64,000 nt of DNA, from the NCBI GenBank assembly GCA_023443095.1, contig JAEZVV010000071.1, positions 10,525 to 74,524 of the forward strand. The letters are read 5' to 3'. Every line of letters begins with the position of its first letter. Position 1 is the stretch's first letter. This DNA is from Pseudomonadota bacterium (GTDB taxonomy: Bacteria > Pseudomonadota > Gammaproteobacteria > Burkholderiales > Burkholderiaceae_F). Of the stretch, positions 18,411 through 26,204 are shown one piece after another. The notes under the pieces were generated by a model that had not been told where the DNA came from, ran no database searches, and saw only the letters and a program-made list of their open reading frames with translations. The position numbers and the translations under genes are program-made.

Positions 18411-20680
18411 GCCCCAACCCCGCGCCGATCCACGGCTTCGACGACGAGAACGAAGAGCGTCGCGAACGCACCGCCCCCACCATGAGCCGCTCATGGGGGC
18501 AGCTCGCGACGGCGTACGCCCCCGGCGCCTTCTTCACGTTCGAGGGCGGGCTGGGCGCCTGCCTCGCCCAGTCCGATGGGCAGGCCGGTCTGCAAGAGGC
18601 CAACATTTCGCCCACGGTACGCCACCAGATCGTGATGCGCTTCGAGGACGCGGTGAAGTCGTGGTTCAACGCCGCGATGCACTGCCGGCCCAACGACAGC
18701 AAAAGGCCGCCGGTGCTCGCTTCACAGTGCGTGTCGCAGTCGCTGATCAACAGCAACTACAACGGGCTGCGGCCGGTAGATGGCTCGCGCTACGTGTTCC
18801 TGTCACCCGAGCGCATGGGCTACGTCCCAGCGCCGCTAACTTTCGTCTGCAACCACTGCGGGCTCTACCGCTACTTCGGCAGTGTGCGTGACTTTGCCGC
18901 GCGCAAGGACGCGGCGCTCAACGTAAAGTGCTCGCACAGCGCCGGCAACTGCCACTGGCGTCAACTCGATGTGATCTTCGTCCACTGGTCCGGCAACTGG
19001 GAGCCAGTGCGTCCCGGTAAGTGGTACTGGGACAACAACGCAAAGGAAGTGCAGGAGCCGTTCGACCGCTGTCGGCAGTGCGGCGGCAATGAGTTCCGGC
19101 TAGAGACGCGGCACAGCGAATCGGCCATCGGTCGCTGGTACTTTGTTTGCGCCAACCCCGCGTGCAAGCATGAGGACCACGACGGTTGGGTGAAGAACGA
19201 CCACGACACGCTCGACATCGTGCGCGAGGACTTCATCCGCTTGCCGGCAGTGGCACACATGGAGCCGGTGTCCTACCGGGCGTCGGCAGCCTACTACCCG
19301 CAGGCTGATCAGTTCATCTTGTTCGCGGACCACCAAGAGGGCCTGCTGGCTTTGCTCGACCCGAGCCGCCAAAACGACCTCAAGGACTTCATCGCGCAGC
19401 GCTTCGGATTCGGCCGCGCCCGCCCGTCGATGAGCGAGATCGAAACCATCCTCAAGCAGTCAGAGAAGGGCGCAGCGTCGCTCGCCCGGTTCAGGCTCAA
19501 GGCGGAGATGCTGGGGAAGCTCCCACAGCCGCTGACGGGGCTCTACGTCGAGATGGCCGAATCGCTCAAGGACGATTTGCGCGAGATCGAAAATAGTTGG
19601 TATTCCGAGGGGTTGGTGCGCGAGAAAAACAGTCTTCCGGTGGCGCTCATCAACGGCATCGACGAGCGCAAGAACGACTTCGACGCGCGATACGATCCCT
19701 ACCGGCTGGTGGTAGAACACGAGGCGCTGAAACAGAATCACTTGGAGGCGCCCCGGGAGGCGACCGGGCGCTCGCCCTTCGTCCACTTCGACCGACTCGA
19801 CAAGGACTTGGCGCCCAAGGACGAGGCAGAGCAGGCACAGCAGGAAGCCGCGACGCGGCTGATGCTCGACAGGCTGGGGCTGGACACCATGGGCCTCATT
19901 CGCAACTTCAAGTTGTGCAAGTTCACGTACGGCTTTACACGAGTCAGCGCGACGCCCATCGTCGAGAAACACCGCATCCGAATGCCGGTACGGCTCAACC
20001 TGTTCCCGCCCGTGAAGATGGAACAGGGAGCATCGCGCACGCCAATCTACGTCATCACGCAGGAGAACGAAGCGTTCTACGTGCGACTCAACCCAGCGAT
20101 GGTGTACCAATGGCTGGGCAGTCTCAATCTCGCCGATATGTTCACGTGGGACCCAGCGGGCGAGGTGCCGCTTGGCGCCCTGCTCTTGGAGCGGGCGCAG
20201 CCGATGCAGCGTTTCCTTGCTAACGTGCATCGGGAACAGGACCCCCTCGCTTACTACTACACCTACACCCTGCTCCATACCTATTCGCACGTGATGATGC
20301 GGGCCATAGCCGAACTCTCGGGGCTCGATGCCACCTCGCTTGGCGAGTACCTGTTCCCGGCCGACCTGTCCTTCGTCATCTACCGCAGCGGCACCACGCT
20401 CGATCTAGGCAACCTGTCGTCGCTCTGGCGAAACGACAACGCCAACTTTCTGCGCCACATCGGCGAGCCGACGACGCTGGCCTGCAATTCGGGCAGCCTG
20501 TGCGCGGAGCGTGGTGGCGCCTGTCCGGACTGCATCCTGATCCCGGAGCAGTCGTGCATCGCCCAGAACCAGCTCCTCTCGCGCAGCGTGCTGCGGGGCG
20601 GTCCCCGTCCGCGCGAGGACGGGGGCACCCACCGCATTCCCGGGTACCTCGACATCGTCCATGCTGCCTTGGTCTCCTGA
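18407..20680 (+). CDS. drmB: DrmB-like DUF1998 protein
   Basis: C-terminal TLLHTYSHVMMRAI plus the Cys cluster CNSGSLCAERGGACPDCILIPEQSC (DUF1998 signature). ATGA overlap with the helicase gene. Confidence 0.85.
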   Translation: MSPNPAPIHGFDDENEERRERTAPTMSRSWGQLATAYAPGAFFTFEGGLGACLAQSDGQAGLQEANISPTVRHQIVMRFEDAVKSWFNAAMHCRPNDSKRPPVLASQCVSQSLINSNYNGLRPVDGSRYVFLSPERMGYVPAPLTFVCNHCGLYRYFGSVRDFAARKDAALNVKCSHSAGNCHWRQLDVIFVHWSGNWEPVRPGKWYWDNNAKEVQEPFDRCRQCGGNEFRLETRHSESAIGRWYFVCANPACKHEDHDGWVKNDHDTLDIVREDFIRLPAVAHMEPVSYRASAAYYPQADQFILFADHQEGLLALLDPSRQNDLKDFIAQRFGFGRARPSMSEIETILKQSEKGAASLARFRLKAEMLGKLPQPLTGLYVEMAESLKDDLREIENSWYSEGLVREKNSLPVALINGIDERKNDFDARYDPYRLVVEHEALKQNHLEAPREATGRSPFVHFDRLDKDLAPKDEAEQAQQEAATRLMLDRLGLDTMGLIRNFKLCKFTYGFTRVSATPIVEKHRIRMPVRLNLFPPVKMEQGASRTPIYVITQENEAFYVRLNPAMVYQWLGSLNLADMFTWDPAGEVPLGALLLERAQPMQRFLANVHREQDPLAYYYTYTLLHTYSHVMMRAIAELSGLDATSLGEYLFPADLSFVIYRSGTTLDLGNLSSLWRNDNANFLRHIGEPTTLACNSGSLCAERGGACPDCILIPEQSCIAQNQLLSRSVLRGGPRPREDGGTHRIPGYLDIVHAALVS

Positions 20681-21518
20681 GCTGCGGCAGGCGTTCCTAC
20701 GGCTTGCCCCGCAGGCGGCTGTTTCCGGCGCGCTTTGCCGGGCTGCGGCCGACGAGCGCTTCAGCGGGACACTCCGGCTGCGCGACATCTGTACCGCTTC
20801 CGGCCTGGCAGAATCTCGTAGCAAGACCGTCGAGCAGGTACTCTCGGCGGGTGCGGACCTCGGGCTCTTCGTCCGTCGTAGCGATGTCGAATGGTCTTCA
20901 GGCGCTGATCCACGTTTTTTCGCCATGCTGGCGACGGCATTGGAAGCGGCCGCTCTGTACCGCGAGCAGGTCCACGTCGATGCCAATCAGGTCGAGATCG
21001 TGCTCACGCCGCCCGGCAACCCATCCCGTCTGTGTGACTCGCTGCGCCAGCGCGGCTGGGCGGAAGCCGACTTGGAGCACACCGAACCCGTCTTGTTGCA
21101 CCTCGCCCATCAGGCGAACACGCGCTTCGTGATTCTGTCGCCGTTCATCGACTACGGCGGCGCGACCAACATGCTGGCACTTTTCCAAGCGACGCCTGTC
21201 ACTGCGCGCCGGGTGCTCATAACCCGCTGCCCCGACGGCGTGGTTCCGCCTGCGCTCCATCCGCTTCTGCCGTCGCTCACTGGGCTGAATGTCGCAGTCC
21301 ACAGCTACTGGCTGCCTCGTCCCGGCAACGGTTATGAGACATTCCACGCGAAAATTGTTTTGTCAGACGACCGAGCTGCTTACCTCGGCTCCGCCAACAT
21401 GACCCAAGCTTCGCTGTCTCTCAGCATGGAGTTGGGAACCTTCCTTCGGGGCTCGGGTGTCACGACGTTGATGAGCGTCATTGATGCAATCTTGACCGTA
21501 GCGCCGAAGATCAACTAA
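20661..21518 (+). CDS. drmC: DrmC-like phospholipase D family nuclease
   Basis: Single HKD motif FHAKIVLSDDRAAYLGSANMT. 20-nt overlap with the preceding gene. Confidence 0.85.
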   Translation: MLPWSPELRQAFLRLAPQAAVSGALCRAAADERFSGTLRLRDICTASGLAESRSKTVEQVLSAGADLGLFVRRSDVEWSSGADPRFFAMLATALEAAALYREQVHVDANQVEIVLTPPGNPSRLCDSLRQRGWAEADLEHTEPVLLHLAHQANTRFVILSPFIDYGGATNMLALFQATPVTARRVLITRCPDGVVPPALHPLLPSLTGLNVAVHSYWLPRPGNGYETFHAKIVLSDDRAAYLGSANMTQASLSLSMELGTFLRGSGVTTLMSVIDAILTVAPKIN

Positions 21519-21605
21519 GTCACCCCGCCAACAGACGACGGTGAGGTCGTTCTTGGGGGCCGCTGCATCAGCGATGGCTAGGTAAATTGGGCGACGCCGT
21601 CCCGA

Positions 21606-21747
21606 GGCCACCCACGCCGTTTTCCGTTTCGGGGGTGCGGCCACCAACATCCTGACTCACCGCGCCACCCACGCTGGATTCCGTTTTGGCGTTGCGGCCT
21701 CCCGGTGCCCCTGATACCCCGGCACCCACGCTCCTTTCCGGAAACCC
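21606..21747 (+). repeat. three direct copies, 57 bp apart, of a CACCCACGC-N4-6-TTCCG unit; the third copy is the terminal IR
   Basis: CCCAC cores at 21611, 21668 and 21725. Copies 1 and 2 share about 32 of 39 positions (GCCACCCACGC..TTCCGTTT.GG.GTGCGGCC.CC). Confidence 0.6.
21725..21747 (-). repeat. terminal inverted repeat, cargo-distal end (reverse complement GGGTTTCCGGAAAGGAGCGTGGG)
   Basis: Pairs with 7822-7844 and is followed directly by T8 (21748-21755). Confidence 0.55.
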
Positions 21748-21815
21748 TTTTTTTTAGGCCTAGCCCAGGCCCGCCAGGGTTCGTTCACCAGCGAGGCGTT
21801 GTTTCAGGCCCCGCA

Positions 21816-22049
21816 TCAACGGCGCTTGTCGTTGCGGATCAGGGTCTGCTTGAAGCGGTTCTGGCGCGCCTGGTCGTATTCGTCGTGCGCGCGTTTCTTG
21901 TCGAGGCCCAGTCGGCGTTCGAAAAACTCGAACCAGACCAGGGCCAGCGCGAGCGGCGCCACGATCCACCACCATGAGAGTTCGCCGACATAACTGACGT
22001 TGAGCAGTTTCAGCACGATCAGGGCAAGGCCGAGCCAGACGAGATACAT
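21816..22049 (-). CDS. small Trp-rich membrane protein (TIGR04438-like)
   Basis: MYLVWLGLALIVLKLL...ELSWWWIVAPLALALVWFEFFE followed by a basic tail. Start taken at the internal ATG 22049. Confidence 0.65.
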   Translation of the reverse strand: MYLVWLGLALIVLKLLNVSYVGELSWWWIVAPLALALVWFEFFERRLGLDKKRAHDEYDQARQNRFKQTLIRNDKRR

Positions 22050-22216
22050 GGTGCGAGCGCGCGAGGACTGAGTGATACGAGTCACTATAACCGCGCCGGA
22101 CAAGAATCCGGCAAGCGCCGCGACCGGGCTTGTGCACCGATATGCGGGATCCTCCGTTAGTATCTGCAGTCATCGGGCTTCCCCTCCCTTTGCCCGACCT
22201 CTTACATGGAGTCTGT

Positions 22217-22528
22217 ATGAAAATCACCGCAGCCCTTGCCACCGTTGGCCTGCTCGCCATCGGCAACACTGCCCTGGCCCAGAGCGCCCCGGACCTCGCC
22301 AAGCAGAAGAACTGCTTTGCCTGCCACGCCGTCGACAAGAAGCTGGTGGGCCCGTCCTACAAGGACGTCGCCGCCAAATACAAGGGCAACAAGGACGCCG
22401 TGACCATCCTCGCGAAGAAGATCCGCGAAGGTGGCGTCGGCACCTGGGGCCAGGTCCCGATGCCCGCCAACCCCCAAGTCAACGCCGCCGAGGCCGACAC
22501 CCTGGCCAAGTGGGTGATCGCCCAGTAA
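22217..22528 (+). CDS. class I cytochrome c (c551/c552-like), periplasmic
   Basis: Signal peptide, CFACH haem-binding motif and distal PMP Met. GGAG before ATG 22217. Confidence 0.9.
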   Translation: MKITAALATVGLLAIGNTALAQSAPDLAKQKNCFACHAVDKKLVGPSYKDVAAKYKGNKDAVTILAKKIREGGVGTWGQVPMPANPQVNAAEADTLAKWVIAQ

Positions 22529-22566
22529 GTCCGACGCCAGGCCTGCCGGTTCGCCGGCAAAGAAAA

Positions 22567-22587
22567 GGGCGCTGCGGCGCCCTTTTT
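22567..22587 (+). terminator. rho-independent terminator after the cytochrome c gene
   Basis: GGGCGC-TGCG-GCGCCC followed by TTTTT. Confidence 0.6.
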
Positions 22588-22790
22588 GTCGCACCTAGCC
22601 AGGGCCGGCACGAATCGAACCCGGCCTCGAACCCGAGTGTCGCGCCGGTGACGCGTTCGACCGGATTTCGAGGGCCAATTTCAATGCAGGGGTTATCCCG
22701 GGGATAGAATCGACTGGTTTCGTGTGTCCGTTGCGCGGCGCCGAACGCCATCCACCACCGTTCGATCGAGCATTTCCAGGAGAGAGCTAG

Positions 22791-23987
22791 ATGATGCACC
22801 CCATGTTCAAGCTGGCGCCGCTGGCCGTCGTTGTCGCCGTCGCGCTCGCCGCGTGCGGCAAGAAGGAAGAGCCGGCGAAGAAGGAAGAAACCAAGGCCCC
22901 CGCCGCCGCTGCCGCGCCGGCCGATGTGATCAAGATCGGCCATGTCGCCCCGCTGACCGGTGGCATCGCCCACCTTGGCAAGGACAATGAAAACGGCGCC
23001 CGCCTGGCGGTCGACGAGATCAACGCCGCCGGCGGCATCAAGCTCGGCGACAAGACCTACAAGCTGGAGCTGGTGGCCGAAGACGACAAGGCCGACCCGA
23101 AGGAAGGCACGATCGCCGCCCAGAAGCTGGTCGACGCGGGCGTGATCGCCGTGGTCGGCCACCTGAACTCGGGCACCACGATCCCGGCCTCGAAGATCTA
23201 TTCCGACGCCAGCGTGGCCCAGATTTCGCCTTCGGCGACCAACCCGAAATACACGGACCAGGGCTTCAAGACCACCTTCCGCGTGGTGGCCAACGACAAC
23301 CAGCAGGGCTCGGTGCTCGCCAACTACGCCAAGGACGGGCTCAAGGCCAAGACCGTGGCGATCATCGACGACCGCACCGCCTATGGCCAGGGCCTGGCCG
23401 ATGTGTTCGAGAAGGTCGCCAAGGAAGGCGGCATCAAGGTGGTGACGCGCGAGTTCACCAACGACAAGGCGACCGACTTCAACGCGATTCTCACCAAGGT
23501 CAAGGCCGGCAAGCCGGAAGTGATCATGTACGGCGGCATGGACGCCACCGCCGGCCCGATGGCCAAGCAGATGAAGCAGCTCGGCATCAAGAGCGTGTTG
23601 CTTGCCGGCGACGGCGCCTGCTCGCCCGAGTTCGTCAAGCTCGCCGGCGACGCGGCCGAGGTCCTGCATTGCTCGATGGCGGGCGAAGCGGTCGAGAAGC
23701 TCGCCAAGGGCGAAGAGTTCAAGACCAAGTACAAGGCCAAGTTCAACCAGGACGTCCAGATCTATTCGCCCTACTCGTACGACGCGGTGTACGTGATCGC
23801 CGACGCCATCAAGCGCGCCGGCAAGGCCGACCGTGCGGCAGTGACCGCGGCCGTGCCCGCCACCAACCTGCCGGCGCTCACCGGCAACATCACCTTCGAC
23901 GAAAAGGGTGACATCAAGGGCGGCGCGATCTCGCTGTTCAAGGTTGGCAAGGACGGCAAGCTCGAATACATCTCGACCTCGCGTTAA
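22791..23987 (+). CDS. branched-chain amino-acid ABC transporter substrate-binding lipoprotein (LivJ/K-like)
   Basis: Lipobox LAAC. IKIGHVAPLTGGIAHLGKDNENGARLAVDEINAAGG is typical of Peripla_BP_6. Confidence 0.9.
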   Translation: MMHPMFKLAPLAVVVAVALAACGKKEEPAKKEETKAPAAAAAPADVIKIGHVAPLTGGIAHLGKDNENGARLAVDEINAAGGIKLGDKTYKLELVAEDDKADPKEGTIAAQKLVDAGVIAVVGHLNSGTTIPASKIYSDASVAQISPSATNPKYTDQGFKTTFRVVANDNQQGSVLANYAKDGLKAKTVAIIDDRTAYGQGLADVFEKVAKEGGIKVVTREFTNDKATDFNAILTKVKAGKPEVIMYGGMDATAGPMAKQMKQLGIKSVLLAGDGACSPEFVKLAGDAAEVLHCSMAGEAVEKLAKGEEFKTKYKAKFNQDVQIYSPYSYDAVYVIADAIKRAGKADRAAVTAAVPATNLPALTGNITFDEKGDIKGGAISLFKVGKDGKLEYISTSR

Positions 23988-24002
23988 GCCGGCATGGCAC
24001 GG

Positions 24003-24035
24003 GAAGCGGCACCTTAGGGTGCCGCTTCTTTTTTT
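24003..24035 (+). terminator. hairpin plus T7 between the binding-protein gene and livH (intra-operon attenuator/terminator)
   Basis: GAAGCGGCACC-TTAG-GGTGCCGCTTC followed by TTTTTTT. Confidence 0.6.
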
Positions 24036-24108
24036 GTGGCCGGTTTTGGCTTTCGATCTTGTTAGGATGCGCCCTGCGCGGGATAACCCTCGCACCGCTG
24101 GAGTAGCG

Positions 24109-25038
24109 ATGGACACTTTCATTCAACAGATCATCAACGGCCTCGTGCTCGGCAGCCTCTATTCGCTGATCGCACTCGGCTACACGATGGTTTACGGCAT
24201 CCTCAACCTGATCAACTTCGCCCACGGCGACGTCTTGATGGTCGGCGCCATGACCGCCCTGTCGGTGATCATGCTGTTCAAGGGCCTCTACCCCGAGATG
24301 CCGGCCTGGCTGCTGATGAGCGCCGGACTGATCACCGCGATTCCCGTGTGCGTGATCCTCTCGCTCGTGATCGAACGCGTCGCCTACCGTCCGCTGCGCA
24401 ATGCACCGCGCCTGGCGCCGCTGATCACGGCGATCGGTGTGTCGATCGTGATACAGACGATCGGCATGATGGTCTGGGGACGCAACTACCGCACCTTTCC
24501 GGAGCTGATCCCGCAGCTCAACTTCGACATCGGCGGCGCCACCATCACGCTCACCAAGCTGATCGTGATCCTGATGTCGGCCGCCCTCATGGTGGCGCTG
24601 ATGCTGCTGGTCAACCGCACCAAGCTCGGCCGCGCCATGCGCGCCACCGCCGAGAACCCGCGCGTGGCCGGCCTGATGGGCGTCAACCCCAACCTCGTGA
24701 TCGCGCAGACCTTCGCCATCGGGGCGGCGCTGGCCGCAGTGGCCGGAGTGATGATCGGCGCCACCTACTCGGTGGTGCACTTCTCGATGGGCTTTCTGCC
24801 CGGTCTCAAGGCCTTCACCGCCGCGGTGCTGGGCGGAATCGGCAACATCCCCGGAGCCATGGTCGGCGGCCTGCTGCTCGGCCTGATCGAAGCGCTGGGT
24901 GCGGGCTACATCGGCGATCTCACCGGCGGCGTGCTGGGCTCGCACTACCAGGACGTATTCGCCTTCGTGATCCTGGTGATCGTCCTGATCTTCCGCCCGC
25001 AGGGTCTCTTGGGCGAACGCGTCGCCGACCGCGCCTGA
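24109..25038 (+). CDS. livH: branched-chain amino-acid ABC transporter permease
   Basis: MDTFIQQIINGLVLGSLYSLIALGYTMVYG N-terminus. GGAG before ATG 24109. Confidence 0.9.
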   Translation: MDTFIQQIINGLVLGSLYSLIALGYTMVYGILNLINFAHGDVLMVGAMTALSVIMLFKGLYPEMPAWLLMSAGLITAIPVCVILSLVIERVAYRPLRNAPRLAPLITAIGVSIVIQTIGMMVWGRNYRTFPELIPQLNFDIGGATITLTKLIVILMSAALMVALMLLVNRTKLGRAMRATAENPRVAGLMGVNPNLVIAQTFAIGAALAAVAGVMIGATYSVVHFSMGFLPGLKAFTAAVLGGIGNIPGAMVGGLLLGLIEALGAGYIGDLTGGVLGSHYQDVFAFVILVIVLIFRPQGLLGERVADRA

Positions 25039-25048
25039 AGGAAGCACC

Positions 25049-26203
25049 ATGAACCTGTATTTCCCCAAGTGGCGCGACAACCCGGCGGCGGCCTTCGCCG
25101 CCACCTTCGTGGTCGCCGCCGTCCTGATCGCCCTGCCCTTCGTCGTCGGCCAGCTCGGCAACGCCTGGGTGCGCGCCGCCGCCTTCGCCCTGCTCTACGT
25201 GATGCTCGCGCTCGGCCTCAACATCGTGGTCGGCTTTGCCGGCCTGCTCGACCTTGGCTACATCGCGTTCTACGCAGTCGGCGCCTACATGTACGCGCTG
25301 CTCGCCAGCCCGCACCTGACCAGCACCTTCCCGGCCATCGCGGCCATGTTCCCCGACGGCCTGCACAACTCGATCTGGATGGTTGTCCCGCTCGGCGCCG
25401 GCCTCGCGGCCTTCTTCGGCATCATGCTGGGGGCGCCGGTGCTGCGGCTGCGCGGCGACTATCTGGCGATCGTCACGCTCGGCTTCGGCGAGATCATCCG
25501 CATCTTCATGAACAACCTGAACGCGCCGGTCAACATCACCAACGGCCCGCAGGGCATCACCCTGATCGACCCCATCAGTTTCGGCGGAGTGAGCCTCGCC
25601 AAGCCGCTCACGCTCTTCGGCGTGACCCTGCCCTCGGTCTACCTGTACTACTACCTGTTCCTGGTGCTGGCGATCATCACCATCGTCATCTGCATCCGCT
25701 TGCAGAACTCCCGCATCGGCCGCGCCTGGATGGCGATCCGAGAGGACGACATCGCCGCCAAGGCGATGGGAATCAACATACGCAACGTCAAGCTGCTCGC
25801 CTTCGCCCTCGGCGCGACCTTCGGCGGCGTGGCCGGCGCCATGTTCTCGGCCTTCCAGGGCTTCGTCTCGCCCGAGAGCTTTTCGCTGATGGAATCGATC
25901 ATCGTGCTGGCGATGGTGGTGCTGGGCGGCATCGGCCACATTCCCGGCGTGATCCTGGGCGCGGTCCTGCTCGCGGTGTTCCCGGAGGTCCTGCGCCACA
26001 CCGTGCAGCCGATCCAGATGGCGCTGTTCGGCAAGGTCATCGTCGACGCCGAAGTGCTGCGCATGCTGATCTACGGCCTGGCCATGGTGCTGATCATGTT
26101 GTACCGCCCCAAGGGCTTGTGGCCCGCCCCCGATCACGGCATCAACCCGTCCGAGAAACTCGGCGGCGGCAAGGGCGGCAAGGCCGCCACTGCGGGAGCC
26201 TGA
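25049..26203 (+). CDS. livM: branched-chain amino-acid ABC transporter permease
   Basis: LGLNIVVGFAGLLDLGYIAFYAVGAY. Follows livH by 10 nt. Confidence 0.9.
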   Translation: MNLYFPKWRDNPAAAFAATFVVAAVLIALPFVVGQLGNAWVRAAAFALLYVMLALGLNIVVGFAGLLDLGYIAFYAVGAYMYALLASPHLTSTFPAIAAMFPDGLHNSIWMVVPLGAGLAAFFGIMLGAPVLRLRGDYLAIVTLGFGEIIRIFMNNLNAPVNITNGPQGITLIDPISFGGVSLAKPLTLFGVTLPSVYLYYYLFLVLAIITIVICIRLQNSRIGRAWMAIREDDIAAKAMGINIRNVKLLAFALGATFGGVAGAMFSAFQGFVSPESFSLMESIIVLAMVVLGGIGHIPGVILGAVLLAVFPEVLRHTVQPIQMALFGKVIVDAEVLRMLIYGLAMVLIMLYRPKGLWPAPDHGINPSEKLGGGKGGKAATAGA

Positions 26204-26204
26204 G

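Larger units (their letters stand above)
7822..21747. mobile_element. 13.9-kb ISL3-type unit transposon (transposase plus DISARM-like passenger operon)
   Basis: 23-bp terminal inverted repeats with 18/23 matches, and 11 of the first 12. T9 and T8 flanks are compatible with an 8-bp target duplication. There is a single ISL3 transposase at one end. GC looks lower than in the flanks by spot counts. Confidence 0.55.

Noticed and set aside
22590-22680. tRNA-like fragment on the minus strand (GGGTTCGAGGCCGGGTTCGATTCGTGCCGG contains a T-loop-like GGTTCGATTC)
   Set aside because: The T-stem does not pair (CCGGG versus CGTGC). No acceptor stem, anticodon arm or CCA context could be built. It could be a decayed remnant, but that is not supportable.
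22479-24122. 547-aa minus-strand ORF antisense to the liv binding-protein gene. Similar long shadow ORFs lie at 15609-17492, 37012-38556, 42486-43991, 27887-29581, 46213-47622, 54934-56361 and 5631-7607.
   Set aside because: They have Arg/Gly/Ala/His-rich, low-complexity translations with no family motifs. Each lies opposite or out of frame to a gene with clear motifs. This is the expected stop-codon depletion in high-GC DNA.
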